Positions 42,501 to 53,512 are shown, counted from the first letter of the stretch. The stretch: DNA of 64,000 nucleotides from Oligoflexales bacterium (GCA_965215515.1 OZ244057.1:1952001-2016000); one strand, 5' to 3'. Notes: generated by a model not told the origin, from the sequence alone. Program-made: numbers and translations.

Positions 42501-43712
42501 GAAGATGGTGAGGTGAAAGAGGAGTTTCCCATCATCTATGGCTCGTCGATTTTTATTGCTGACGCGCAAGAAGTCACACCAGGAGTGAAGTTGGCCGAGT
42601 GGGATCCGTTTGCTTTGCCGATTGTCGCGGAGGTTGCGGGGTGTATTCGTTATCGTGATTTACTGGAGGGACAGACGGTTGAGGAGCGGGTGGATGAGGT
42701 AACTTTTTTGACTCGCAAGGTGGTGATTGAATCACGCAGTGGCGGATCGTTGAAACCTGCGTTGGAGGTTGTCGATGACAAAGGCAAGGTGTTGTCAGTC
42801 GATGAGCGCAAGGATGCGCGCTATGCTTTGCCGATTGGGGTGACGGTCAGTGTCGAGGATGGCGAAGAGGTGCGGCCAGGGGACGTGTTAGGGCGCATTC
42901 CGCGTGAAATTACCCGTACCAGGGACATCACGGGTGGTTTGCCGCGGGTGGCGGAACTGTTTGAAGCACGGAAACCGAAAGATCCGTCGATTATGGCGAA
43001 GGGTAACGGCACGGTATCTTTTGGTGATGATGTGAAGGGTAAGCGGCAGTTGATTATCACCGATGACGAGGGGGAGGAAGAAGTTTACTCCGTGCCGAAG
43101 GGCAAGCATGTCTTTGTCACCGATGGTGACTATGTGCGCAAGGGTGAGATTGTTTCTGATGGCGGCATCAACCCGCATGATATTCTGAAAATCAAGGGCG
43201 AGATCGAGTTGGCACGCTATCTTGTCGATGAGATACAAGAGGTCTACCATCTACAAGGGGTACGTATCAACGACAAGCACATCGAGGTGATTGTGCGGCA
43301 GATGTTGCGGCGTAGTAAGGTACTTGATTCTGGCGACTCACGTTTTCTTGAAGGTGAGCAGGTGGGGCGGGCGGAATTGCAGGAAGTTAATGCACAGCTT
43401 GCTGCAGAGGGCAAGCGGCAGGTGGTGGATGAACCTGTGTTGCTCGGCATCACTAAAGCTTCGTTGGCGACGGGGAGTTTTATTTCCGCGGCATCGTTTC
43501 AGGAGACAACGCGTATCTTGACCGATGCCAGTCTCAATTCCAGAACTGATTCTCTGCGTGGCTTGAAGGAGAATGTTATCATGGGACGTTTAATTCCCGC
43601 GGGCACGGGGGCTGAGTTCTACCAGGGCATCACTTCGCAGGCAAAAACTGAAAAAGCTGCCGCTCCCGAAACATCCGAGACCGCCGCGGTCGAGCAGACT
43701 GCCACGGCTTAA
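39552..43712 (+). CDS. rpoC: RNA polymerase beta' subunit
   Basis: [29 protein letters not shown]. Confidence 0.99.
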   Translation: MKDLLNFFEKPTNPLSFNAIRIAIASPEKVRSWSYGEVKKPETINYRTFKPERGGLFCAKIFGPVRDFECICGKYKRMKHRGIVCDKCGVEVIHSKVRRERLGHINLATPVAHIWFLKSLPSRIGGILDIQLKDIERILYSEAWVVLDAGDTERTGLVVGQVLDEEEYEDLLKDLGNGAFRVGGGAEALQELLSSLHIEQIADELREGLAAATSETQKKKLQKRLKIIDALNKYDDDGNLLVRPEWMMLSVIPVLPPDLRPLVPLEGGRFATSDLNDLYRRVINRNNRLLRLISLNAPDIIVRNEKRMLQEAVDALFDNGRRGKVFTGPNKRPLRSLSDMLKGKQGRFRQNLLGKRVDYSGRSAIVVGPDLKLHQCGLPKKIAIELFKPFLYNKLEEHGIVSTIKSARKLVEKEHPEVWDILEEITREHPVLLNRAPTLHRLGIQAFEPVLIEGKAIQLHPLVCFAFNADFDGDQMAVHVPLSIEAQMEARVLMMSTNNILSPASGSPVIVPSQDIVLGIYYLTREDIGARGAGRIFSSPSEVRVAYDHDQIALQAPIKVRFRNATLKTTVGRILLSEILPPEVHFRHINKTMGKKELAYLIDVTFRRCGHKKTVMLADALRSNGFRYSTTAGLSISINDMVIPDEKEKLLGEAYNEVKNIKEQYSEGLLTEGERYNKVIDIWAKVTENIANSMFSNIALMERADHKGKKHQVPSANSIFMMADSGARGSAQQIRQLAGMRGLMSKPSGEIIETPITANFREGLSVLEYFTSTHGARKGLADTALKTAGSGYLTRRLVDVAQDSIIAEYDCGTSKGVNIMPVREGGEIREPLGQKLLGRTLCVDLKDPHTGEVIVAAGEMASEADAERVDTCQVEVATIRSVLTCELRRGACAKCYGRDLGSGRLINVGEAIGVIAAQSIGEPGTQLTMRTFHFGGTATHKVETNTLESCFSGKARFHNLPTVKNRDGVLIAISRNGEIRIEGEDGEVKEEFPIIYGSSIFIADAQEVTPGVKLAEWDPFALPIVAEVAGCIRYRDLLEGQTVEERVDEVTFLTRKVVIESRSGGSLKPALEVVDDKGKVLSVDERKDARYALPIGVTVSVEDGEEVRPGDVLGRIPREITRTRDITGGLPRVAELFEARKPKDPSIMAKGNGTVSFGDDVKGKRQLIITDDEGEEEVYSVPKGKHVFVTDGDYVRKGEIVSDGGINPHDILKIKGEIELARYLVDEIQEVYHLQGVRINDKHIEVIVRQMLRRSKVLDSGDSRFLEGEQVGRAELQEVNAQLAAEGKRQVVDEPVLLGITKASLATGSFISAASFQETTRILTDASLNSRTDSLRGLKENVIMGRLIPAGTGAEFYQGITSQAKTEKAAAPETSETAAVEQTATA

Positions 43713-43817
43713 GTTTGTCGTTTGCCTTGCCAGAGAGAAAACTGCTTTCTGCTTGTGCACCCCATGTATTTGTGGTACGCGCCCGAACATCGCGGGCTGA
43801 TTGGACGGGGGGTATCG

Positions 43818-46800
43818 GTGCTCGGCAAGCTTGGGCTTACTCTGCTGCTGTGTAGTTGGCAGTCGTCGCTGAAGGCAGGGGTTGTGGGCAGTTTTGACGG
43901 CGTGCGCAACTTGCCAGGCTACATCTCCCTGCAACGCGGTGATGATGCGTATCGTGATTTAGTCAAGCGACCGCGGCGGCGTGGCGATGCCCTTGAGCAG
44001 CGCGGTGCGTCTCGTATTCTGAAGGAAGATTACCTGCGCGACGATGGCACAATCGATATCGCTGCTCTTGACGCGAAGATCATCGCCATCAAGGAGCATG
44101 AAAACGTAGCTTTCCTGACCTATTGTGTCGCAAGGTTGCCCCACGAAGCGGTGCAGCATGTGGAGTGGTGTCAAAGCCGTGCGGACGAAAAAATTAAAAA
44201 AAAGTGGCGGAGGAGCAAACTCGCAGCTATCTACGCTTTTGCCCTCAGCGAGCTGCACAAGGCACGTCAGTGTGCGGCGGGCGTACGCAGCGATAACATC
44301 AACCAGGCATCGAGCCAAAATTTCTTGGAGCATCTGTTTCAGGGTCTAGAAACCTTCGCCAGTATTATCGATACAGACCCTATCAATTCTGATTTTTTCA
44401 ATGCAATTATGCACGGCATCGACTTCAGCAAGGTGCGAGTAGGTTTCGCTGTCGAAGCTGCTAATCTCGTCATTCCCGTAGCGATGAAGGAGAAGTATTC
44501 TGAGTTGCAGAAGCAGGTTTTTTTCTCGCCGCGGCAGTTGCAACGTCTCGCCCCGCGTGAGGGTCTAGACATCTCGGCCATCGACCCTCTGGACTCTGGT
44601 TTTTGGCGTAAACCACATTCAATCCGTGCCTTCAACACCAGCAACTACAACGGCCAAAGTGGTTTGCCCGATGATGTTGCTGACGTACATAAGGAAATCG
44701 CGGTCACCTACGACTGGGATGGCAAGTTTACGGGGCGCACTCCCAAGATGCGCGTGCGCTACCGCGACGAACAATACAAGATGAAATATCTTTCCGAAGC
44801 GATGGACATCGAGCATGCCGATGCGCTGAGTAAGATTCACATGCATTGGCGCAAGCATGCTAGCGAAGTCAACACCGAGACGGTGGTCAATAACATCGCC
44901 GCGGCACTCGGTTTTACTGTCGATCCCACTTTCTTTAAGCACAGTGTCAGGCTGTATCTGCCCTTGCAAGACCCAACTTCGCAGGAAGAATTTGACCGTG
45001 CCTATCAACGTCTGTTAGCTGATCATCGACGTTGGAGCGGTTATACTCCTGACAGGGCTTTAGCGAGAATAGCTAGAGATGAGCGCGGCTATTGGTTTAT
45101 TCGCATGCGTTCGGTGTCGCTGGAGCGGCGTTCGCAAGTGGGTACCGATCTCAACGTCGGTGGTTTTATTAAGGCTGCGTTCAGTCGCCCCCTGAAGCGG
45201 GAGTTCCGTGCCTTCGCCTTGTTCCTCGCTTGGTTCTCGGACTTGGATGTCAAGGACGATAACGCCAGCATCGTGTTGGTAGGTGATGCCGACGGACGCA
45301 AGGTGGCTTACAGTGCCGCAGACATGGGGGCGGTACTCGGTAGCTGGATGGGGAAGGATTCGCCGAATTTTCTCAACCGTGATCTGGTCTCGCGGGTGCG
45401 ACGTAAACCCGATGGCTCGATCTACGAAATCGTGCTCAACTACATCTCTCCGTTCGGCAATTCATCCTTGAACGTCATTAGTATCAGCGATGGTAAGTGG
45501 ATAACACGTCTCATCGCACAGTTGTCGCCGACTCAAATCAAAAAAGCTTTCTTGACCGCGGGCTATTCGGAACTGCTCAGCGAGTATTATACCCAGCTAA
45601 TGCTGCGGCGGCGCGACCAGCTCGTGGAAGTATTCGGGTTGATGGGGCACACGATCACCGATGCTGCGGGCACGAATATTTTTCTCAAGCCTGAGAGTAA
45701 GATGACCGATCCCGACACGTATGCCGTCGAAGGGTACGAGCAGTATTTTAAAGATGGCTATCTGCACGACCCAGAGGGGGAGGTTTCGGACAACCCTGGC
45801 GATTTTGTGCGGCGCTATTACGACCGCAATCTCGTCCATGCAACCCCTGGCACGCTGCAAAATGCCCTTTGGAAAACGGTCGAGGCTTGGCTGAAAATCA
45901 GCACAGTGTCGATGACCAGTCAACGCCTGCACAAGTTGAAAATCACCAACCGCACCTTTGGCCTGCCGTTATTGCGCGGTGGTTTCTGTGCGCGTGAGTG
46001 TTTTTATGACGGTTTACGGATCGGGATCACTAACTTTTTGCCGCAGCGTTTTTTGTTGCGCAACCCCTATGATACAAAAGAGAAACCCCTGCTCGTTGTT
46101 GATGTTTATCGGTTTGGTTTTTTGCTAGGGGCTGACGTGGGGGAGGATTTACCCGCTCGTTTTGGCATCGATGCACCGTTGGACGATCGGATGCCGCAGC
46201 TGCGCTACCAGAAAGTCTATGAGTTTGTAAAAGTCAAGCCGCTGAGCACTATTGTCGATAGCGTCAAAACCTTGCAAGAATTATCTCCGCTACAGGTTTT
46301 GAAGTATGGAAGAATTCACCAGCAGCTTATCGAACAGTTGCAGCCTGGCGAAAGCCTTATCGCCAGCACCTATTTGAGCCGTGGGGCAGGAGTGCAGCTC
46401 GGCAAGTACCCGTTTCTCAGCCGTCCGATGGTCAATGCGGAGATTGATCTGAGTCATATCGTCGTGAGTCGCAAGGCTTTAATCAGGAGCGCGGATAAAT
46501 TTTTGTTTCAGTTTTCTGATCTCAAAGCTAGCAAATTCAAGGCGGAGATAGGAGGCGAGTTGCTGTTGACTGATTTTCCTCTTCTCAGTTGGAAAATGGA
46601 AAAGCTTGCCCAAATGGATCGGGTCTTCGCATTACCCGCCGCGGGGGAGCATTACAGCTTGCTGGAGGAGAACCTGGCGGCGCGCTTACCTTCTGATGAT
46701 ATAGCTGACTTTGCCGTAATCGCACGTGCCGTTGCACGTGTCAAAAACCAGTTCAGTCTTATCCTGAAACCAGCAAAGTTTTTCTTATCCGACACAGATA

Positions 46801-47708
46801 TCGCTACGATCAAAACAGACGGCAGCGCGGGTGCTGCTGAACTGCACATTGCGACAGTAACAGAAAAAAAGAAATTCAGGTATTTACCTTTCTACAGTTC
46901 ACACAATACCACGCTCGAAAGTTTTGTTACTCAGGACGAGCAGGTATTCGTCAGGCTGCGGATGAAATTCAAAAACCTTTTTGGTAAACGTGAGCACTTC
47001 AAGTGGGTTTACCAGCACATGTTGCCGCTGCTAGGCAGACCATTTATCTTGTTTACGCCTGAGGATGTTAACTACTACCTCGATGATTTTGAATTCGCGG
47101 GCGAGGTTTACCTTCTTCCCGAAGGGGTGGAAAAAATTATGGCTTATAGGCAGGTAACCAAACAAGAATTTTGTGTAGCCTATGCCAACGCGGCGGGTAA
47201 ACTAAACCCCCAACGATGGTGTGAGAAACTGTTCGCTGACGAACTCGGTACGTTTACGGGACGAGGACGTATGCGAAGCTACGACGAGCGGAGGTTTAGA
47301 AGTTTTTTCGGTCGTTACCTCGAAGCCACCCATAGCTGGCTACGGCAACCGACGGGTGACATGTCGGAAGAAGAGCGTGACCAGCTGTGGCGTGATAAAG
47401 CACGGACAATCGCTAGAATGCTCAGTGTGGATGGGTTCAATGCCGCGGTGTGGAAAATGTGGCAGCGCATCGCAGGAGAAGAAAACATTTACCGTGACGG
47501 CATTCTCACTTCACGTACGGGCGGTTTTCCATCCCAGAGCAAGATAGTTGCCATGCCTGCCTCAGTGCGTGGTCGAGCGGGAGAAAGGGTGGCGGAGGTT
47601 TACAGAAACATCGTGCAGTCGGTGCAAATTTCTACCGATCCGCTGTTCAGTGAACTCAGCCAAGTGTTCTACGAGCCGATGGGGGAAGGCTACTTTTCCG
47701 ATCGCTAG
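43818..47708 (+). CDS. Large, probably exported protein with atypical (PI3K/HipA/CotH-like) kinase core
   Basis: GTG 43818 gives signal-like MLGKLGLTLLLCSWQSSLKA; GRTPK, YKMK, EVNTE, DVKDDN, DMG motifs in kinase order. Confidence 0.65.
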   Translation: MLGKLGLTLLLCSWQSSLKAGVVGSFDGVRNLPGYISLQRGDDAYRDLVKRPRRRGDALEQRGASRILKEDYLRDDGTIDIAALDAKIIAIKEHENVAFLTYCVARLPHEAVQHVEWCQSRADEKIKKKWRRSKLAAIYAFALSELHKARQCAAGVRSDNINQASSQNFLEHLFQGLETFASIIDTDPINSDFFNAIMHGIDFSKVRVGFAVEAANLVIPVAMKEKYSELQKQVFFSPRQLQRLAPREGLDISAIDPLDSGFWRKPHSIRAFNTSNYNGQSGLPDDVADVHKEIAVTYDWDGKFTGRTPKMRVRYRDEQYKMKYLSEAMDIEHADALSKIHMHWRKHASEVNTETVVNNIAAALGFTVDPTFFKHSVRLYLPLQDPTSQEEFDRAYQRLLADHRRWSGYTPDRALARIARDERGYWFIRMRSVSLERRSQVGTDLNVGGFIKAAFSRPLKREFRAFALFLAWFSDLDVKDDNASIVLVGDADGRKVAYSAADMGAVLGSWMGKDSPNFLNRDLVSRVRRKPDGSIYEIVLNYISPFGNSSLNVISISDGKWITRLIAQLSPTQIKKAFLTAGYSELLSEYYTQLMLRRRDQLVEVFGLMGHTITDAAGTNIFLKPESKMTDPDTYAVEGYEQYFKDGYLHDPEGEVSDNPGDFVRRYYDRNLVHATPGTLQNALWKTVEAWLKISTVSMTSQRLHKLKITNRTFGLPLLRGGFCARECFYDGLRIGITNFLPQRFLLRNPYDTKEKPLLVVDVYRFGFLLGADVGEDLPARFGIDAPLDDRMPQLRYQKVYEFVKVKPLSTIVDSVKTLQELSPLQVLKYGRIHQQLIEQLQPGESLIASTYLSRGAGVQLGKYPFLSRPMVNAEIDLSHIVVSRKALIRSADKFLFQFSDLKASKFKAEIGGELLLTDFPLLSWKMEKLAQMDRVFALPAAGEHYSLLEENLAARLPSDDIADFAVIARAVARVKNQFSLILKPAKFFLSDTDIATIKTDGSAGAAELHIATVTEKKKFRYLPFYSSHNTTLESFVTQDEQVFVRLRMKFKNLFGKREHFKWVYQHMLPLLGRPFILFTPEDVNYYLDDFEFAGEVYLLPEGVEKIMAYRQVTKQEFCVAYANAAGKLNPQRWCEKLFADELGTFTGRGRMRSYDERRFRSFFGRYLEATHSWLRQPTGDMSEEERDQLWRDKARTIARMLSVDGFNAAVWKMWQRIAGEENIYRDGILTSRTGGFPSQSKIVAMPASVRGRAGERVAEVYRNIVQSVQISTDPLFSELSQVFYEPMGEGYFSDR

Positions 47709-47768
47709 GATAGTGGTCGGTCTCTCAGCCTATACCGCGACCATGTGATGCCAGGGGATTGATACGAG

Positions 47769-48791
47769 TTGCCGATCGAACTGACCGTCAAGGTGCCAGG
47801 CAAGGTTATGCTCTGTGGTGAGTATCACGTGCTGACTCGTGGTGCGCAAGCGCTGGCGTTCGCTCTCGTCGCCTACCTGGAGATTTACGTGCGCTACGGC
47901 ACAGCCGCACGCCAGTCACTGCTGCTGCACTCCAACCTCTGGGAGATGCCGCGGCGGGTCGACGCGCAGACAGGACACGATAGCATGCTTGTCGCCACCG
48001 TAGGCGCGCTGATGCCCCCTGGTAAACATCGGATTGAAGAGATACGGATTAACTCACAGCTGCACCCTAGCTACGGCTTTGGTTCGTCATCGGCACTGCG
48101 TCTAGGGCTGGTCTACATCGCCTACCTGCAAACGTGTGGAGGCAGTTTGCTCGTGCCCCAAGCTAAACGCTGGCAACTGGCGCGGCAAGCCTTCGCTCTC
48201 CAAAAAAAAAGCCAGCAACTGGCCTCTGGTTACGATGTGGCAACACAGCTGGTCGGCGGCATCGTCACCTACCGTAGCGAGGGCGGCGAGTGGCCACCCT
48301 CCCCGAACGTGCAGTCACTGCCAGCACACACCGAGAAAAACGCGCGCAGCAACCTCAAAAACTGCGTCCACCTCTTCGTCGGTGGTCGGGGAACAAACAC
48401 CCGCACCGTCACCCACGCGACGCAAAACTGGCTTGCCACCCAAAGGCAATTGCCTCTAGCCGTAGTTTCGGATAGGCTGAGATGTGCTTTCCTAGGCACC
48501 CTGCACGACCTGCATAACCTACCCACCCTGATCGCGGCAACGGCGCAATGGCGAGAGTGGTTTGCCTCCTCTCCCCACTTCCCTCGCCGCGTAGATACCG
48601 CGCTGCACGGTGTTCACGGACGAGATAGGGAATGGAGCTGGAAAACCAGCGGTGCAGGTGGCGAAGATGCCCTTATCGTTATCGGACTCCAGCAAAACAT
48701 CACGGCAGTCACCGCCCGCCTCGCTGCACTCGGCTGGCAACGTTACCACTACAACATCGCAACGCACGGTATACACTGGCAACGAGTTTGA
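47769..48791 (+). CDS. GHMP kinase, mevalonate/phosphomevalonate kinase-like
   Basis: VPGKVMLCGEY, YGFGSSSA, SGYDVA, KTSGAGGED. Confidence 0.85.
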   Translation: MPIELTVKVPGKVMLCGEYHVLTRGAQALAFALVAYLEIYVRYGTAARQSLLLHSNLWEMPRRVDAQTGHDSMLVATVGALMPPGKHRIEEIRINSQLHPSYGFGSSSALRLGLVYIAYLQTCGGSLLVPQAKRWQLARQAFALQKKSQQLASGYDVATQLVGGIVTYRSEGGEWPPSPNVQSLPAHTEKNARSNLKNCVHLFVGGRGTNTRTVTHATQNWLATQRQLPLAVVSDRLRCAFLGTLHDLHNLPTLIAATAQWREWFASSPHFPRRVDTALHGVHGRDREWSWKTSGAGGEDALIVIGLQQNITAVTARLAALGWQRYHYNIATHGIHWQRV

Positions 48792-48819
48792 AAAAATTGT
48801 CCACAGTCGCTTGCAGCTG

Positions 48820-48828
48820 TGCTACAAT
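48820..48828 (+). promoter_or_regulatory. Extended -10 promoter for metK
   Basis: TGc-TACAAT about 40 nt upstream of the metK start. Confidence 0.45.
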
Positions 48829-48865
48829 GAGCCGTTTCTGACTTGACGCGGGGGAGTACCGTAGA

Positions 48866-50026
48866 GTGCAAGGTAGGTATTTGTTCACCTCGGAGTCGGT
48901 GAGCGAAGGACATCCCGACAAAATATGCGATCAGGTTAGCGATGCCGTGCTCGATGCGTTGCTGGCCAAGGACACACAAGCACGGGTGGCTTGTGAGGCA
49001 TTGGTGAAGACAGGACTGCTGGTGCTAGCAGGTGAGGTCAGCAGCACCGCACACGTCGATTACGGACAGCTGGCCAGGGAGGTGATCGCCGACATCGGCT
49101 ACGACGACCTCGCTCTGGGTTTCGATGCCAGCACCTGTGGAGTGCTAGTGGCAATCGAAGAACAATCACGGGACATCGCCATCGGCGTTAACGAAGGTAG
49201 CGGTCTGGATCGCAGACTAGGAGCAGGCGATCAGGGAATGATGTTCGGCTACGCGTGCGAGGAAACACCTGAACTGATGCCAGCTACCATCAGCTACTCA
49301 CACCAACTGCTACGTAACCTCGCCGAACAACGACGCCGCGGTAAGGTTAAATTCTTGCGCCCCGATGCCAAAAGTCAAGTAACAGCCATCTACGAAAATG
49401 ACCGTATGGTCGGCATCGACGCAGTAGTCGTCTCAACCCAACACCATAAAGAAATTAGCCGCGATGACCTGAAAGAATTCGTCATCGAAGAATGCATCCG
49501 TCAAGTCATCCCCGCGGAGTTGCTGTGTGCTGACACGGATTTTTTTGTCAACGAAACAGGAAACTTCGAGGTCGGAGGGCCACATGGTGATTGCGGCTTG
49601 ACAGGGCGCAAAATCATCGTCGATACCTACGGCGGACACGGCTCGCACGGCGGAGGGGCGTTTTCAGGCAAAGACCCCACCAAGGTCGATCGCTCGGCCT
49701 CCTACATGGCGCGCTGTATTGCCAAAAACCTCGTCGCCGCAGGCACGTGTGGCAAGTGCTTAGTGCAAATTGCCTATGTTATTGGCAAAGCAGAGCCAGT
49801 GTCGGTGTACGTCAACACCTATGGCACAGCGAAGGTGGGCGGGATAGACTTCCCCCAACTGGTGAGAGAAACCTTCGCCCTGCAACTGAAGGACATCATC
49901 ACCTCGCTCGATCTGCGCCGCCCTATCTATCGAGAGACCGCGGCATACGGTCATTTTGGGCGCAACCAGTTTCCGTGGGAAAAACTTTCTCATGTTGATA
50001 AAATCAAGGAGAAGATCTTCAGCTAG
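48866..50026 (+). CDS. metK: S-adenosylmethionine synthetase
   Basis: [28 protein letters not shown]. Confidence 0.98.
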   Translation: MQGRYLFTSESVSEGHPDKICDQVSDAVLDALLAKDTQARVACEALVKTGLLVLAGEVSSTAHVDYGQLAREVIADIGYDDLALGFDASTCGVLVAIEEQSRDIAIGVNEGSGLDRRLGAGDQGMMFGYACEETPELMPATISYSHQLLRNLAEQRRRGKVKFLRPDAKSQVTAIYENDRMVGIDAVVVSTQHHKEISRDDLKEFVIEECIRQVIPAELLCADTDFFVNETGNFEVGGPHGDCGLTGRKIIVDTYGGHGSHGGGAFSGKDPTKVDRSASYMARCIAKNLVAAGTCGKCLVQIAYVIGKAEPVSVYVNTYGTAKVGGIDFPQLVRETFALQLKDIITSLDLRRPIYRETAAYGHFGRNQFPWEKLSHVDKIKEKIFS

Positions 50027-50042
50027 CATTAAGGGAGAGGGG

Positions 50043-50558
50043 ATGCGCAAAAAACTCTACTTGATCAACCGCCACTTTCAGTTCCGCTTCATGTGGTTGG
50101 CGGTGACGGTGGGCTTGTTCTCAACCGTGCTGACCGCCATTATTATTCTCTACCCGCTGTTCATGTTCCGCATTCTGCGTATCCCAGAGTTTCTGCCACT
50201 GCCCATATTCGGGGTCATGACACTGGCCGCACTGGTTAACATCGCTCTGATAAGCTACCTGACTATCACCGTGACCCACCGCGTCGTCGGGCCGCTGTAT
50301 AACCTCGTGCGCAACATGCGACGCTTCGAATCACCCAACTGGAACGGGCATATCCGCGTGCGCGAGAAAGACGAACTGCAGTATGTAATGCGTAACTTCA
50401 ACAACATGATCGACTGCATCGTCGGCACAATCAACAAAGACCTCGAAGTTCTACAAAAATCAAACAACAATACTCCAGAAATGAAAAACTTAACGCAATC
50501 CCTCCAAAAACGCACCGAAGAATTTCATTCGCTGTACACCGAAGAAACACCGTCGTGA
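50043..50558 (+). CDS. Two-TM membrane protein with HAMP-like segment
   Basis: YLINRHFQFRF, two TM helices, THRVVGPLY...IRVREKDEL...FN.M. Confidence 0.75.
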   Translation: MRKKLYLINRHFQFRFMWLAVTVGLFSTVLTAIIILYPLFMFRILRIPEFLPLPIFGVMTLAALVNIALISYLTITVTHRVVGPLYNLVRNMRRFESPNWNGHIRVREKDELQYVMRNFNNMIDCIVGTINKDLEVLQKSNNNTPEMKNLTQSLQKRTEEFHSLYTEETPS

Positions 50559-51178
50559 TTTACCAACTGCAAGGCACGTTTACCACACGCATCCCTGACG
50601 GTTTCGTATTGACCACCACGGCAGGAGTGGGCTACCAAGTGCTGTGCGCTGCACGCACCGCGGATTTTTTTGCAGAACAGCCACACGTCGAAGTGTGGAT
50701 CTTTACCCACCTGAAAGATAACGGGCTATGTCTGTACGGATTCAGCACCCAACAAGAACGAGAGTTCTTCGCTGAACTGACCGCCATCAACGGCATAGGC
50801 CCAAAGCTAGCCCTGCTGCTGCTAGAAACACTGACCATTAGCGAAATCCTACAAGCAGCCACAGCAGAAAGACACCACGCCTTCCTGCAAGTGACAGGAG
50901 TCGGCGAAAGAACAGCCCGCAAACTAACCCTGGAAATTAAACACCGCCTGCCCAAACTACAAACACTGCTGCCACCCCTACCGACAACACAAACCACCCC
51001 CCATCTACAACGACAAAAAGAAGTCGTTTCCGCCCTACTTAACATGGGATTTGCCGAGAAAAACGTACGCAATGTCCTGATCGACTTCAACTGGCAACAA
51101 AAAAACGATACTCAAACCCTGCTGCGACGAGCACTGCAAATGATGACACGCCACACCGCACAAGAGGCACAACCATGA
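50555..51178 (+). CDS. ruvA: Holliday junction branch migration protein RuvA
   Basis: MI..L.G, GVGY, LYGF, INGIGPKLAL, GVGERTA, AL.NMGF. Confidence 0.95.
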   Translation: MIYQLQGTFTTRIPDGFVLTTTAGVGYQVLCAARTADFFAEQPHVEVWIFTHLKDNGLCLYGFSTQQEREFFAELTAINGIGPKLALLLLETLTISEILQAATAERHHAFLQVTGVGERTARKLTLEIKHRLPKLQTLLPPLPTTQTTPHLQRQKEVVSALLNMGFAEKNVRNVLIDFNWQQKNDTQTLLRRALQMMTRHTAQEAQP

Positions 51179-51194
51179 ACGGAACAAAAACAAA

Positions 51195-52229
51195 ATGCAA
51201 CACAAACACAACGGAGTAGCCACCACACGTTTCATCGCAGCAGAACAAACAGAGAAGGATGCCATAGCCGAGTCCGACAGACAACTCAGACCACAATCCT
51301 TCGCCGACTACCCTGGACAAACACGGGCCAAAAGTAACCTGACCACCTACGTCAAAGCAGCACGCCTGCGCGACGAAGTGATGGATCACGTCCTCCTACA
51401 CGGCCCGCCAGGCTTAGGCAAAACAACCCTCGGCCGTATCATCGCTAACGAATTAGGTATGCCCTTCTTCGCTACCAGCGCACCTGGCCTTGAAAAACAA
51501 GGAGATTTGGCAGGAATTTTGGCAAGCTTCGAACAACGCACAACGGTGTTCGTCGACGAAATCCACCGCCTACCAAAAACAGTAGAAGAAACACTTTACG
51601 CCGCGATGGAAGACTTCGCCCTCGACCTCGTCGTTGGACAAGGACAAGCGGCACGCCCCCTGAAAATGCCAATCGCAGCATTCACCCTAGTCGGGGCCAC
51701 AACACGAGTATCACTGCTGTCACGCCCACTGCTGAGCCGCTTCGGCATTCAAGAACGCCTTGAATTCTACACCGCCACAGAACTTGCACAAATCATCACC
51801 CGCGCCGCCCGCGTGCTCGCCATCCCCATCAACGCCTCTGGCTGCGCCGAAATCAGCTGCCGAGCACGAGGCACACCACGCATCGCTAACCGACTCCTAC
51901 GACGAGTATGGGACTTCGCAGTCGTCGCAGGCCACAAAGAAATCAACCGACAAATTACCCGCCATGCCCTGCAACAACTCGAAATCGACGGCGACGGACT
52001 CGACCGAGTCGATCGCGCCATCCTCCACACACTCCACGACCAGTACCAGGACGGCCCCGTCGGTATCGATACCCTGTCCGCCTCCCTCGGCGAAGAACGC
52101 AAAACTATCGAAGAAGTCTACGAACCATTCCTCGTTTACAACGGCTACCTTACCCGCTCACCCCGAGGACGAGTACTAACTACACGCGGCATCGCACACA
52201 TCACCAACCACACCCCGACAACGCTCTAG
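51195..52229 (+). CDS. ruvB: Holliday junction DNA helicase RuvB
   Basis: LRPQSF, GPPGLGKTT, DEIHR, GATTR, RGTPRIANRLL, YEPFL. Confidence 0.98.
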   Translation: MQHKHNGVATTRFIAAEQTEKDAIAESDRQLRPQSFADYPGQTRAKSNLTTYVKAARLRDEVMDHVLLHGPPGLGKTTLGRIIANELGMPFFATSAPGLEKQGDLAGILASFEQRTTVFVDEIHRLPKTVEETLYAAMEDFALDLVVGQGQAARPLKMPIAAFTLVGATTRVSLLSRPLLSRFGIQERLEFYTATELAQIITRAARVLAIPINASGCAEISCRARGTPRIANRLLRRVWDFAVVAGHKEINRQITRHALQQLEIDGDGLDRVDRAILHTLHDQYQDGPVGIDTLSASLGEERKTIEEVYEPFLVYNGYLTRSPRGRVLTTRGIAHITNHTPTTL

Positions 52230-53284
52230 TTCTGGACAGGAATGCCACTCTTGAAATAACCCTCTCTGTTAGCGTCGGTATCACCTTCGCCAGAGAAAAA
52301 CGCGGTGCGAGGGTCTAGCTCATCTTTTGCGTACTTACCGTGCGCCCACTTGCCTGACGAGTTTTCCAAAAATTCTGCCGCGTTTACCTTAAACTGTTTC
52401 TCTAACGCTGACGAAGCGGCGGTGTGCACCCGCTCAGCATCAAAGTAACGCACACCGCCAAAACTAGCGTCTGCACACGACTTGTTGAAGTCTTCCCCCG
52501 CCCCAATGTCGCAGGTGGCAAACAAAACTGCTGAACCGCTATCTTTCAGATGCGCTAAGGCCAAGTATATTTTGCTGGAATAATCATGATGGTAGAGACG
52601 CAAGCCGAGCAGATGCTCTTTGTCAGTCCCAGAGCCGTGCTCTACGAGATAACTGCGTTGCACAACATTCTTGCCCTCCCCCGCCTGCAAAAAGAAAACA
52701 CTCGCGATCTGTCGCAAGCCGTCTTGCTTATCCAGCTCAATGCGGGTTTGAGTTCTGAAGCCGTTTTCCTGCAAGTAAAGATTAACCATCTTGCCCGTAA
52801 CCGTATCAGCCTCACCATCGGTCATAGGAACTTCGCCCGTATCGCTATCCTTTTGCTCCTCCCACTCCACAAAACGCGTGCCATCCCACAACTCAGCGCT
52901 CTGTCGGTGAGAGCGGTGAAGAACCCGCACGTCAGTTTCGTCAACGATCTCAGCCCCATCTTCTCTTGCCTGCTGACGCATGTTGCAGTCGTAAAACAAC
53001 GCCTGGGCATAGCCGTAACCAGCCATGCCCAACGCTATCTCATTACCGCTCTCACTCTTCCCCAGCGCGTCGGCCATAGCAGCACCAGCCGTGTCACGGT
53101 GTTCCATCTTCGCAATGCAATCACCATCGTGCTGCAAAGTTAACGAGGTAGCCCAGTCCTTCGTAATGTAGGAGAAAGGTTGTGCCGCGAAAGCAGGCGG
53201 TACAGCTCCGCTCCCACCCTGCTTGTCACTACTGAAACCACAACCAACCACAAGCAAAGCTACCGAGAGCAAAATAATCATCAT
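52226..53284 (-). CDS. Hypothetical lipoprotein
   Basis: MMIILLSVALLVVGC lipobox; AAAGGTGG RBS. Confidence 0.7.
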   Translation of the reverse strand: MMIILLSVALLVVGCGFSSDKQGGSGAVPPAFAAQPFSYITKDWATSLTLQHDGDCIAKMEHRDTAGAAMADALGKSESGNEIALGMAGYGYAQALFYDCNMRQQAREDGAEIVDETDVRVLHRSHRQSAELWDGTRFVEWEEQKDSDTGEVPMTDGEADTVTGKMVNLYLQENGFRTQTRIELDKQDGLRQIASVFFLQAGEGKNVVQRSYLVEHGSGTDKEHLLGLRLYHHDYSSKIYLALAHLKDSGSAVLFATCDIGAGEDFNKSCADASFGGVRYFDAERVHTAASSALEKQFKVNAAEFLENSSGKWAHGKYAKDELDPRTAFFSGEGDTDANREGYFKSGIPVQN

Positions 53285-53358
53285 GCCACCTTTCTCAAAT
53301 TTTACGCCGAACCATACCACCATGCTACCACGTCGGTCACGTCGTTGCAAATACCACT

Positions 53359-53410
53359 TGTAGATGACCCCATAGAGGGCAAGGGAGGTGTTTTTTTAAG
53401 AGCATCTATA
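53359..53410. repeat. 52-bp element with inverted ends TGTAGATG...CATCTATA (MITE-like)
   Basis: Ends match 7/8 as an inverted repeat; both resemble the dispersed TGTAGATGCCC motif. Confidence 0.5.
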
Positions 53411-53512
53411 CGTCGCACCGCACAAAACGCTTGGCATGATCTTAGCGAGAATGTACATGGAGCTTCGCCAGGCTGGCTAGACCGTCCGTTTTGAAGGAAG
53501 ACGACCCCACAG

